Part shown: positions 11,934 to 25,799 of the stretch, piece after piece | Numbering within the stretch: the first letter of the stretch is position 1 | Layout: the number at the start of each line of letters is the position of its first letter | Source: Paragordius varius | Taxonomy: Eukaryota > Animalia > Nematomorpha | Length of the DNA stretch: 64,000 bases | Assembly (NCBI GenBank): GCA_964247055.1 | Contig: OZ176055.1 | Coordinates: forward strand, 7,130,001 to 7,194,000 | Direction of reading: 5' to 3' | Translations under genes and position numbers: made by a program | The notes under the pieces: generated by a model | Databases searched by the model: none | Seen by the model: the letters and a program-made list of their open reading frames with translations, nothing else | Told to the model about the DNA's origin: nothing

Positions 11934-14900
11934 TTAAGACTTTTGTAGTCTAACAAGGTCTCGATTTTTTCCAGTCAATCTTTTTTGTTTGGGGTCAAAG
12001 CCTTTTTCAACGGATCCAAAAGTGGCCCAATCAGGAGTCGGAGCCGAGTATCTTATGGAATTTAAATGCTGGTTAATTAATTCTCGATCATGTTGAGATA
12101 TCAGTGTAGGATAATCAGATGATGCAATTTTTCCATTCGATTCTGAGTTTTTAGAGACAGGCTCATTACTTGGGATTGTTTTGTGATGATAAGCATCGTA
12201 ATAAGTTATAGCTTGTTGATTAAAACGACCATAATCTATCCATGTGTGCCAAACACCTTGGATTTTAAACTATAAAATGAAAAAAATATATATAGAGTCA
12301 AACAATTTAGTTATTATTAGCATTTAATCTAAAAGTAATTTTGTAGGCAATTTACTTTGGTATCGGCAATCAAAATGCAATTAGAGTGTTCATGTTCACA
12401 TGCCACTTCATAATTTGGTATTGAACCGTTAGCGGTTACTAAAATTCCACAATATAATAATTGAAATTTGGACATTGCAAAACAATTAAAACATCTTTCC
12501 CTCAAAAAAAGTTAATTAAATAATTTTATTGTTATAGCTACTATAAATTACTTTTATGATAGGGGTGTTTCAAAGCAGATATAAGGGTGAGACCAAATGC
12601 TAAAACATCAGTGTGCCATGGAATATCAGTCATTGTAAGGTGATTTTTCTTTTTTTCGTTACTCTTAGCCGTGTTTTCGGGATCCGTCGAAGCATCCCCA
12701 CAATATGTTACACCCTAAAATTTAATAATAAATAAAAATAATTTTGTAAAAATTACGATAAAAATCCCAAAATCTCTATAATCTTACCTTAATTTCAATG
12801 AAATCGGGTATGCCTAGTTTTATGAGATCAACATAGTTACGGACATCCTCTCCAAATCGATCTAGGTAGTCGCGCTTTAATTCTTCAACCTATACGCATC
12901 AATTAAATTATATTCATATTCTTTGGCAAAATAACTTTAGTGTGTAGATTTAACAAATTATTCAAATAAACTATTTCACAAACATTTTTAATCAAATCCC
13001 CAGGGCATTGTAATGGATCATCAGTAGATAAAGATGAATCTTGAGCGCAAAAATTCCATTTTTTCACGAGCGTTAAACGATAAATGGTTCGCGTGATACC
13101 TTTTTTCTCAGCAATAGCCTCTAACGAGCCAATAAAACGTTCCCAGAAATCCCGATTAAGGGGTCTATCTATAGCCTTAAGGGACATTTTATCATGCGCA
13201 TCTATACTAACGTACAATTGCGTAACTGGTCCTATACTCCTGTCATTGTAAATAGTGGAAAATGAGATTTAACTAAACATAAAACGTTAAAGACTCTTTA
13301 TATAAAAGAAATTTTTTTCTTTTTTGTCCATAACATTCATAATTTAAAACAAAAAATTGAATGTTACCAATTTACTTCTCTATTCTTTGCAATTTTTTTA
13401 GAGATATATAGATAAGCCATTTTCTTTTAATGCTCCTGAATAATTTTAAGTAAATTTTTTCATATGATTACAAAAAAGTGACACGAACCTAGTGAAGTTT
13501 ATTAAAAATATCCATTTTTCATAAATACCTAACATTACTATTTTCTCGCATTGTTAATAATACAAGTTCACTAAAATAAAAATAAAAAATAGGCAACAAT
13601 CCCAAACACTTTCTAAAGATCTGTAGCACGCCTCATTCTAAAACTGAATTCTATTAAAGTTTTTCACCAAAAATGTTTGTAAAAACCTAATTTGTTCGGG
13701 AAACTGGGCGTTTGTAACCAAAAAAGTTGAAACACCGCCCTGGTGCAAGAGTTGAACAAGTTCATTTATTCGGGGGTACATAATGGGTTCTCCCACGAGC
13801 GATAAGGCACAATGTTTAGGTTGCATAGCCGCATCAAAACGGTCTGGCGTTACACCAGGTACACCTTTTAACTGTTTTATCATACCTTTTTGGGTGATTT
13901 AAAATAAAAAATATGGTATATATTTTAAAAAAAACTACCAAATATAAGGAATAACATTTATTAAGCATGATTCGTAAAACTAATTTATTAAGAATATATA
14001 AATATAGATTACGAATTTAAAACTCAATAAAAGCCCATAAGGAAACATAAGGTGTAAAAGGTTTAAAACTTATTGTAAGAAATCACCATTGACACAAATA
14101 TAATCGAATATAATTACAAAATTATTATATTTTAAGGTTATATTTATAAATTATATTTTACAGCGGTTATTACACAATTTAAAACACTATAATGATTTAA
14201 AAAAATATCTAACCTTTATGTTGTGCTATAATCTGTTCATAAATGTATTGTGGTGGATCCATTTTCCAACGCCACTCTGTACCGACTGGATTGGTGTGAT
14301 GCCTGGAAAAAAGTATATATTTTTGTTTGTAACATTTTATTTTTTTTGTATTAGTATCAATCAAATTTCAGTATAATAACTATAGATAATTAAATAATCC
14401 TAACTTCAACCCAAAATACGTAAAATTTTGGTTTAATTAACAGTTTACCATTAAATACAAACGTTTAAATGTTGTAATATCATAAAAATAATATATGTAC
14501 ACATTATACTATAAAGGCTTACAAAACTTGTTATATTTTAAAAATTATGCCATGCATTTAATGCTTCTGCAACTAATATCATCAAAATTAATTTTAATAT
14601 AGGATATATAAAAACAATACTCAATATAAACCTATCTATTTCTTGGGAATATACATTAACCATGTAGAGCTTAAAAACTAGATCATTATTAAGAAATCGG
14701 AAAAAGGTATGATAAGCTAGAGCTAATCAATAAATAAAAAATTATATTGTAATGGTAAATGACGGATTGATTGTGTTTTGTAAAAACAGTTGTTAAATCC
14801 GTAAGATAATAAGCGAAAATTAAATAGAAAATCGATTGAAAGTTATAATTATTAACAGAAATTATAAATGATATGTGAAACCCTTTCGTCAATAGTAATC

Positions 14901-17900
14901 GTAGACTAGTTCGCGCTTGTTAGCACTCATCAGTACGACACAACTATTTGACTTGGGGTTTTTACATATCGATTTCGTATATATATCCAATGTAATTTTG
15001 GCATAAATGAAGTCGGTTATATAAATTAAAATAATCTAAGATTACTATTAACAAACACATATCATTCATAATTTGTGTTAATAAATATAAGTTTTAATTA
15101 ATTTTCGATTTAATTTTCGTTTATCATTATATGACGGATTTAACAACTGTTTTTTTTAAAAAAACTTTCTATTATAAGAGTAATAATTATAAATATATAT
15201 AACCTCCAACAAAAAACGCATTTATTTGCACAGGCCAAGCTTGGGGTAGCTTCGCAGCACAAACTAGAATTTATGCCGTAAAAGGAGAGTTTATAACACC
15301 CCCCTCGACCTCGTAACATAGAACGGGTCCATCGACACAACTTAACACCCGAATGGCCCCCAATAACTTTGTAACCTAAAAACAGATAACGACCGTTTTT
15401 AGATTGTAGCAAAATATATATTATAACATAAAAAATTAAGATTTTATTAAAATCTCATCTCAAATGTTTGTCTTGATGGTGTCATATCAAGAAATTGATT
15501 GAAAATTAAATGAAAAAAGTAATAATTATAAAATAATAATATAAATATGATATAAATAAGGGTTTGATGATCGATTTAATGTCAGTCTATTGAAAACAAA
15601 AGTTTTTAATATGACTTAAATTACTTTAAAGGGGATAAAAATAATACCTCTATATATAAAATTTAAAAAACGTTTTCTTTAAAAAACATAAAATTTTAAT
15701 CGGAATTTCATTAATCATAAACATTAAAAAAATATTTAGCAAAACTCACCCTGTTTAGTTAGATTAGATCTGACTTCCTCACTCAACATTTCCGGTCTAT
15801 TATCCAAAGTATTGTCGGTGTTTTCAAAACTTTTTGCATTTGAAATTAACTTATTTCCTTTTTTAAAGCTCCTCTTATTATTCAACGTTATCTGCGAGCT
15901 TATTGTATGTTGATTCTGTTTGGCGTCTAAAGGTTTTGGTACCTTATAGAAATATAAGCATATTGGGCGGTAAATATATGAAATTTCATCAATATTTAAA
16001 TATGCTAATAATAGGTAAAAATTCCTTATTTTAGATTAATTTATAATTTAGAGTTGATTAACGATTAAAACTTACCTTATTAAAAACGGTGGCCAAATCT
16101 TCAAGATCAGTTACAAGGCTATTATTAGCTTGGAGATTGGGTATCTTTTTTACAGAGATGATCTTTCTCGAATTCTGTTGATCTAAAAATTGGAAAATTT
16201 GATATATTGATTTTTATTTACTATAAAAATTGAATAATAAAATATACTTTTTCATGAAAATAAATAAACTTGGGATTGCGATAAAAAAAAAGATTGATTA
16301 AAAGAATTAAAATAGTATAAAAAGTTAAATTCGAAATAATTTAAGACTAATACAAAGTTAATATAAAATTTTTCGAGTTTAGCACAATTATTTTTAGATT
16401 TGGAATAAAGATTTTAGGTTCAAAAAATGGGCCTACTAGTGCATTTTTATAAAAAATTATTATAATTATTAAAACATCTAAAAATGATAATTTTCAAGCG
16501 TAACTATTTTTATAAAAATATATTTATTTGAATTATACCATTAGTTTCATGAGTTATATCGTCTTCCTTTCGTCGTGTTGAAATAATGTGCCATCTCGAA
16601 TCATCCTTATCATCTGATTCAGCTTGAACCATATCTTCTTTCTGCGCCCTGTCAATATCGTTAGAAAAATGCTTCTGGAATCTATTTAACCATATTCCCC
16701 GTAATTCCTGATTAAATCCTTCATTATATATAAAAAAAATAGCATTAAAATCCAAAATAAAAGATGTTTAATAATATAATATAAATGTAAAAAACCTCTT
16801 TTTTCATCAGCATTAAACATGGGAATAATTGGAGTTCCGCCCATTTTAGCCAAGTTTAAGCCCAATTCTTTGGCAACCTAATATAAACATGATATTTGTG
16901 GCGACAAATATTATTTAAACAGCAGATTATAAACTATATTATAGTTTTGAAATTATATAGGGTTAGGTTCGATCCTATATGAATATATTCATAGGCGTGG
17001 ACCGCATGTTTTAATTACTATTAGTTTTTTCATTATGTTCGTTTTTAATTTTAATTTTTATTATGTTTAAGAAAAAAAAAGATTGAACAAATATTTTGCA
17101 TATAATTTAGTTTAAAAAATATATTATAAATATTCAAATTATTTTTTTGATATATATATATATATATATAATCATATCGATATTTATCACTTGTGACATA
17201 AAAACAAATTTATGATGGAAAATTAAATATAATTTAAATATTTATTTTTTTGATTAATGCAGGGATGTCCAACATGCAGCCCTTATTGGAAATCCATAAT
17301 TTGCAAAAACATGCTAATGAAATCTCATTGAAATTGGTATATTAAACAATTTTTTAGAATAAATCCATCCGGATATACAAATTAAAAAGAAGTTTTTATT
17401 TATTAAGGCCCATGTATATTTTAAATGCAGCCCGTAAAGCCATTTATGTTGCACACCCCTATACTAATTGTCATAATAATGTTATATTGAAAGGTGGTAT
17501 TTTTCTAAAATAAGTTTTTTATCTGTAAATTTTGTAAAGGGGCGATCAAAGTGATTTTGATATTTTGATAAGTCAAATGTATTTTTAAATTATGGATTTT
17601 TTTAAAACAATATGCCAAATTCGATTTATTATATTATTTTATGAAAAATTAAATTTTCCAACCCTAAAATATATAATACTTAGGTTTGTCCATAACAAAA
17701 TATATTAAACAAAAATTAATTGATTAAAATTATAGACACTAGTATTAGAATATAAAAAACTCAATATTTCACATAATTATGTGCCACACTTAAATAAAAT
17801 AAACCAATATGATTATAAATTTAAGTTTATATGGAATGTTAGTTGCATCCAAATATAAGATGTCAAAATATTGCATTCGAAATTATAAAAAAATTCAAAC

Positions 17901-18367
17901 CTTGTTATAATTCAGACCATATGACGTATCGCCTAATCCAATTACACAATATTTGAGATGCTTTAAAGCACCAGAATCTATCCGAAAATCATATGGTGCA
18001 GTTTTAATCCATTCAGAAAACCAATTCAAATTATCTGGAGCTTTCCCTCCATTAATTGTTGGTATCATAAATACACAATAAGCTTTCTAAAATTTTGTTA
18101 ATCCATTTAAATAAAACTTCTTCGAGCAAAAACTCGGGATCATATTCTGTAGCACATGTTACTGTTAGAGAGTCAAAAATAGATAAATACTTAATTTTAT
18201 CAGCCAAAAAATTAGCTAGAGTCTATAATAGAGTGCCTATATTATATTAAAACCTCTGTATTTCCATATTGTGAACCGTATATAATTTTCAACTTATAAA
18301 GCGCTTTTTTGGTATTTTTTGTAAAGTTGAATTTATTCCATATAAAATTTTTGTTTGAAATTAAAAT
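11934..18367 (-). CDS. TYW1: tRNA wybutosine-synthesising protein 1 (flavodoxin + radical SAM), multi-exon; first exon(s) not located
   Basis: Flavodoxin motifs KIIYGSQYGNTE/TLANFLA and YCVIGLGDTSYG; radical SAM region KLCRWT..GRGGCYK..TPSLACANKCVFCWR/HHTNPVGTEWRW; HCALSLVGEPIMYP, YVSIDA, PDFIEIKGVTYCG, ACEHEHSNCIL, WHTWIDY, TPDWATFG..GFDP; stop at 11934. Confidence 0.96.
17260..17461. mobile_element. hAT-type MITE in a TYW1 intron
   Basis: CAGGGATGTCCAACATGCAGCCC...ATGCAGCCCG..GTTGCACACCCCTA; flanks GATTAATG and TACTAATT (5/8 match, central TA). Confidence 0.7.
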
Positions 18368-20359
18368 CTATTATATAAATAAGGGTTTTTAACTTTTAGA
18401 ATTATGTAATATATCAAAAAATGGCACAAAAATCGTACAATCGGTATAACCAAAACCAACATGCTTCGCAAGAGCATTACATATGTTTATGCGGTTGAAC
18501 AAAAAAACTATTATTTTCTAAAAGATAAAAATAATATAATTTTTAACGTGCTGTAGGAAAATTGCTAAATATTAAATGAATATTAATTTTTGCCAATAGA
18601 TATCTAAATATATTTTAAGTTTATTATCAAATAAATTACTTTCTTTTCTTTTAGGATAATTTTCACATTAACTATTTTAACATTTCAATACATTTTAAGC
18701 TTTTTGTCCGGGGTGTCATTCTTGGGTTGTTTTCGACAGGGCTTAAAGTAGCAATACTTTTGAAAGTTTTTTGGTTGAAACATAATTAAACCCTCGAAAC
18801 TGCCAAGGCTAAAACAATGCTTTTCTAGTTCTTGCCAATTTGATAGACTTATTTAGAAAAAAAGGTGAAAATATCAATTTCGCTACGATTTTGTGAGCAT
18901 ATATTTGTAATTTAGGAATTACAAAATTTTTCCCCGCTGAATTTGGACGGCCGCATGTTGAAAACCTTTTTTCTAGAAAAGTTTAGTAGCGCCAACACCG
19001 TTGAAAAAACAGCACATAATATAATCAAATGAGGTTATAATTTAAAAGCTCTTAATTTTTTATTTAATTTTTATAACCAAAATATACATTTGTTGCTTCT
19101 GGTATAATATAAAAATTTAAAGAAAAAATTATTCGGCGTTACAATTTATATATTTTTTTTAAAAAAATTGGATTAGATTAAAGATAGCATATTTATGAAT
19201 GACCAAAGCTTTAACAACACCTTAAAAGGTCTTGAACTGATAATATGCAGAATATCAACCCATGTAAATGCTCTTGAAATCGATCGTTAATCGAATTTAG
19301 ATGCTATAATTAAAGCCTGTAAAGCAGTAATACTCAAAAAAGGCGATGAATAAAATATTTTTTTATGTCTCAAAAACTATACCCCATATATTACCAATAA
19401 ATATCGCATTATTTGATACATAACCAGATATTTATATCCTAAAACACAACATCAAAAGTTAAATAAATATTTCAGTGCACTAATAAGCAACTTTCGAGCC
19501 AACTGCGACCCATGGGCTGTGATTCGAGAACTGCTCTAATAAATCTTAATTTATATCATATGCATAATTTCTGAGAATTACTTGCACAAAAACTTTTATT
19601 TAGTTTTTACGATTTTTAATAACCCTATAATATGTATCAAAATAACCCTATAAATGTATAAGTAAAAGAGCAATCAAATGTCATAGAGCACTATTTCAAC
19701 TAATTGCACATTTTTTAGTTATCCCAACATCCAATAAAATTTACCTTATCGGCTGGCTCCAAATTCAATTTCTATATGGTAAGTCTATAAAATAATTGTA
19801 ATTTTAATAATTTTATATATTTTTGTTTTTTTTTAAATTTTTGAAATATTTTTTTAGCCTCTTTAATCATACAATATTGAGTTTTTAAATTTTTTAATTT
19901 CTACACATAATATTGTAAAAGCAAATACATATTTTTTGATAATGATTTCCCCCTTATTGATATTTTTTGCAGTAATGTACCATATAAAATATATGGTAAA
20001 TAGATAACAAATACTATGCTATATATACAAATAATAGTAAAGAGTATTGTTTATAACGGTAATGATTTATGTATACATATCCCTTTATCCACTTCATTTT
20101 GTGATAAAATATTAACATACATTTTATTAATTAATTTTTTTTTTCATATTCGTTTTTAACTTATATTTATATATACGTTATTCAATAAAAAATTTTGATA
20201 CCTACGAAATTTCCAATAGTTTTTAATGGAAGATTTTTTGATTTTCACCTAGGATTTATATTCCCATTCACAATATATATTGCAAACACAAAATTGAATA
20301 ACCACATATAAAATTTCTAAATTTTGCGCTCATCTCCTGAACATACATCAAAGGAAAAT

Positions 20360-23300
20360 ATGCCGACAACAAAACCTGTTTCAAGAAGCGCTTCTCAGTC
20401 ACGGACCGGAAAACGAAGTAAAAGTCCTGGCCGAACACCTGTTGGAGCACGAGTTGCCCGAACTACTTCGCGGAGTCGAAGTCGCAGTCGAGGCAGACAA
20501 GAACCAAAATCGTCTGCTGCTAAAGGTTTTCAAAATGGCGACGCCCCTAAAAGTAAATCACGATCTACCTCAAGAGGTCGTCCTAAATCACCAGGTTAGC
20601 TCATTTTTTATCTATTATGTTATTAAAAGTCAATTTGCTTGTTGCTTATACGGAATTAATTTGTATTAGAAAAATTATTTGTTTTTTCTAAATCTAATGC
20701 TTTTATAAAATATCAACATAATTTTGTAGCGTTTATATTCATTTTGCTTTAACTCCAGCTTTTTGCAGATATATTAAAAGGCTTTAAATTATGAATTTGA
20801 TGATAGCTTTGAATTAGAGGTTTTCATCGTACATTTAAATATGTAAACTTTTATATAGGACGAACAGCTAAGCAAGTTTACAAACCAGGAAATAAGGGGG
20901 GCCCTCTTTCCTCCCCTAAAAAATCTACACTTGATTTAATGACATCAATGGCTGAAAAATATTATACACCAAAAAAGTTTGTTTTTTTACGCAAAATACT
21001 TTTATAACTTTATTTTAAGTGGTGTTTTATTTATATAGTGCTTCTAGACTTTTAAATGCTTTGCAATTTATTTAACTTTTTTAAATAAAGTATATTTTGA
21101 GATATTTTTTGTTTCAGGTGTTTTTTATGATTTAAAGGTAAAACACAATTAAAGTCGATTACTACTGTTTTTTGTGCCAGTTATCGATTCAATGAAACAA
21201 AAATATTGGGCGGCAAAATATTTTTTTTTCTGAATAAAACGCCTAAAATCATAAAATGCCTTAATTTCCTCAATGTTATTTTTTAGGTAAAGACTATCCC
21301 AAAGTATAACAAAGTATTATCACAAAGCTACCACGCCCCTTTTATTTAAGATAAATATTTTTTTCTATATGTGTTTTTTGGAAAATATTTGCATAAAAAC
21401 AGACGTTTTTAAACACATTTTTAAGTTTTTTATATATATAATTGCTGTGTGTTCGCTTGAGCTTATAATAAATAGGAATTTTTCCATTATAATCCTTGTA
21501 TTCTCTGGATTTACAAGTATATGTGAATTTCTTTTTTAGTATTCTACATAAATATGTGTTCAATATTGTAAAAGCTTGACCTTTTCTCAGAACATTAATA
21601 AATAATAAAACATTTTAAGTCTAAAAGTAAACACAAAATATATAATATGCTTTTGAGATTTCCATTAATCATGCAAAATCTTAATAACAATTAGACTTAA
21701 ATCAACCCTAACGCCACTCATTAAACAAGGGGCTAGTTCCGCTATGAAAACGGCTACCTCTGTCGGAAAACAGGCTTCAAAAGAAATGTATAATTATTTT
21801 ATTAAATTAACATTTGGGATTAAAAAAGTAACTTTATTTTTTTGTTTTTGGCTTATAGAAACAAAATTGGAAAAACTATACACCATGCTTTAGAATCTGA
21901 ATCGCCGGACGGTCTTATCCCAATCCATTTACGCAAAAACATAAACGTAACTATTGTTCATTTTTCTATAAATTCAAGCTTAAATAAAAAAAATTATAAA
22001 TTGTTTGTTTTTTCTCCTATCTTTTGGATTAAAATGCCTGAATACATTGCTAGTTTTTCATTAATTTTAGACAGTTACCATATCTAGCAAAGCGCGAATT
22101 GGCTTTAACTATTATTTTTCGCTATTAGCCAATAATGCTCTATGTTGATCTGGCTATAATTAATGAAAAACAACCATTATATTTTCATAACTTTCACTCA
22201 AAAATTAAAAATACTGTAATTATCAATTTATAAATATATATGTATGTGTTAATATCTATTTTACAAATATATCCGCGCAGCATGAATTACATGAATTGAG
22301 TCATATGGGGAAACAGGCATTAAGTCAAGCTCGACTGTACGCTTCACCCAAATTGGAGTTTGGGGGCCCGTTGGGTACAATGTTTCTCATGGGATTCCTG
22401 CCAGCATTTGTGCTTTACACCCTGCATTTGTGTGATAAGGTGGCGCATATTTCATTGTTTTGTTAACTAAACTGAAAATTGGGGTTTTCATTTTAGCCCG
22501 AAAACAGATTTGGATGTTTTGTTTAGATTTTTATATTTAAGTTGTCTTATCTGTAATAATACCAGAATAATTTTAAAAATAAATAAAGTTGATGCAAAAG
22601 CTACCTAGTATATTTTCATACTACACTTCAATGAAGAATTATTCTTCAATTTATCTTTTAGAGTTGAAAAAAAAAGTTTTAAATAAATTATCTATTCATG
22701 CAAATTACAGAAACTATTTTCACTGTGGAAAATTCCGCATTTCAGACGCGAACCCATGCATTATTTTGACACCTGGTCTCTGGTAGCTTTTACAGGCTGG
22801 ATGTTGTTTCAAGCCATACTTTACGTGTTACCGATTGGACCAAAAGCTAAGGGGGTACCCTTGGCCCCTGGTCAACCTCCTCTCATTTATAGATGCAATG
22901 GTATGCTAGTTAGTATAAAAGTTGGGATCGACCCCGAAATCCTTTCTAAGCTTTTTTTAATCAAAAACGTTTTAAACTGTTTGCCAGATCTGTGGTTTCA
23001 AAAATATTTTTAAATAAATTGTTATTATAACGGTAATGCTATTTTGGTTAATTTTGTATGTTTTCATTAGTTGTATATATATCAACGGAAAAATCTAGTG
23101 TATGTTAATTGTAATGGCCTGAATGTTACTATTTCATGGCAACTTACTCACATTGTACCAAAATAATTGGGTTTATGTTTAAAAGTCGAAATCCTAACCA
23201 TTTAACCAAAAAAACATTTAATCTAAAAAAGTAATCTTTGGAACCGGCAACTTTTTTCAGAACCATTTTTTAAAAACCGTAACCATAAAAAAAGAGTTTT

Positions 23301-25297
23301 ATAAAATGTGATATAAGACATCAATCTTTTTCTAATTAAGACTTTATAATAGTAGGGACTGTTTTTAAATTCATTTAACTTTATTATCATAATGTTTTTT
23401 ACACAGGATTGTATGCCTACATTCTGACTCTTGTATTGTTTGGAGCAGCTCTTTACTTTGGTTTACCCGTTTGGAGAGTTTGTAATCATGTCATCCCTTT
23501 GGCTTGTATTTCAACGCTATTTAGTTTTTTGTTTGCGGGCTATTTGCATTTCATGCACCCAAAAAGTCAAAATGATATGATGGACCCTTCTGGTTTAGAT
23601 CGACAACTTGACAACGCTAATGTTAAAGGTTATTAACCTTTTTAAGGCAAACTAATCTTTTTTAAAATAATTTTTATGTATTATATCATTCCTACCCTTA
23701 GGCAAAGGAATCTACTGTTATTTCATGGGAAGACACAAAAACCCAAGGTTTGGTCGCGATTTTGATCTCAAAATGTTTTTTGAAATGCGGCCTGGTCTTA
23801 TTGCATGGGTACATATACATATATAATTATAATTTTGATACATTTATTTATTGTACACCCTGTTATATATTATAACTTTTTATAAAACTATATACACACA
23901 CGAACGACTATAGATATTGTTGGATTTGTGTTATTTGGCTCAAAAAACGGTTGAACATCGTTTCTTATCGCTGCCTTTACTGTGTTTAACATTGTTGCAA
24001 GCATGGTACGTTTTAGATGCACAATGGAATGAAGTAACAATTTAAATTCAAGGACAAACATATATATATTTTAATTATCAAAATGATATACGCACTTAAA
24101 ATATAAATTTATAATAAAATTAAGCTTGAATTCTTATAAAAAATCCAATTTTGTTCAATACGCATTCATGCATAATTTTATAATAAATTATATATTTAAA
24201 TTATTCATTAATAAAGTTTATTTTTTGATTAGAAAAAATATTTTTCTCTTTCAGGAAAGAGTTTTATCCACATGGGATATTAGACATGAGGGCTTGGGTT
24301 GGATGCTTCTCTTTGGTGATATTGTGTGGGTCCCTTTCCTTTACAGTTTACAGGCCAGATATTTGGCTTATCACACAGTCGTAGTTCCCAAATGGCATTT
24401 AGCAGCTTGTATTGCTTTATACTGTAAGAATATAAATATTTGTTCAACTTTTATACATAGTTACATATATTGAATTTAAACAATTTTATATTATTACGTA
24501 TATAGTTGTGGGTTATGCCATATTTCGAATGTCAAATACGGAGAAAGCTTTTTACACGAGATCACCCAATCACCCCAAATTTTCAAGTTTTTTTTCATAT
24601 TTTCGTTTTTTTTTTTCAAATTATAATTATGTTGAGATTAAATGTTAATTAAACGAAACTTTGTTTTTCTCATAATAGATTACAGAACGATACCCACGAA
24701 TCAAGGAAAAAAACTTTTAGCAGGAGGTTGGTGGTCCCTGGTTCGACATCCAAATTATCTTGGCGATATTATCATAGCGCTTTCAATGTGCCTACTCTCA
24801 GGTGCATTTGTTCGTTTTTTCTATACAATTTGTAGATTTTGTGAACTTATGATATAAACGAAAGAAAAATTGAAAATTTTACTAAAAATTGATTTTAATA
24901 TGATGAAATGCTAAGTATAATAGTAATTGGAGACTACTCTGTAATATATTATATTCCAATATCAACCTTGTTTAGTAAAAAAAATGCTGCTTAGTTTTTA
25001 AATTGATTCCTATAAACTTTTAAGTAGGGTTAAACCTATTGTTAAATTTTCAGTTTATCTTAAATACACTACTTTAGTCAATAGCAGAATACCATATTGT
25101 AAGATTATATTAAACTTATATTTTTTATATTCCTAGGCTATGATCATGTTTTGCCATACTTTTATTTCTTTTTCCTGACTGGTCTTCTAATCCATCGACA
25201 AATCCGAGATGAAGCCTGGTGCCAGGCCAAGTATGGCAGAGCTTGGGATGAATACAAAAGCATTGTTAGGAACCGAATAATTCCATACATTTATTAA
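20360..25297 (+). CDS. LBR: Lamin B receptor-like protein: RS-rich N-terminus + ERG4/ERG24 (delta-14 sterol reductase) domain, ~12 exons
   Basis: Exon 1 [25 protein letters not shown]..; then [94 protein letters not shown] and [34 protein letters not shown] rather than TM7SF2 is chosen because of the RS domain. Confidence 0.88.
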
Positions 25298-25799
25298 TTT
25301 TTTTTGTAGGAAAACTTATTTAAAACAATTTTTTATTTAGCCTTTTATATTTTAAATATTACACCTAAAAATGCATTCAATTAATTTTTGTCATGTCGAC
25401 TTTCTATATATCTTTCTAAAATTATTTTATCTTTATTTAGTTATTATTTTAATTTTTATAATTAAAATTGTCTAATCTTGCTGATATTTCACCAATATGC
25501 CATTTATATACAAATTTTATGCACCATTTATAATTTGTAATCTAGAGACAATGCGACACACAAGGATTTTTACGATAGCTTTACTTTTAATTATACTATA
25601 ATATAATTATTTTTTTTATTATTGTGATAGTTAGTTATTTTTTATGTATATAGATATTATATGTATATAATTGATGTGTATATAAATGATATTTTTTGTA
25701 CATACTAAAAGCAAAATAAATATATTTATAGGCTATTTATAACTTTTTTTACGGTTCGGCAGATCAAACCTCTATTGCACGATTTTTATTTAGGATTTA

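Noticed and set aside
18237-18253. A 17-nt intron in TYW1
   Set aside because: Splicing at the first TAG gives ALYYRL followed by a stop, whereas the 31-nt intron restores the flavodoxin helix.
20230-20450. First exon of TYW1 divergent from LBR
   Set aside because: Hydrophobic short ORFs exist here (MWLFNFVFAIYIV..), and a possible micro-exon lies near 19745-19772, but I could not join them in phase to the 18367 exon.
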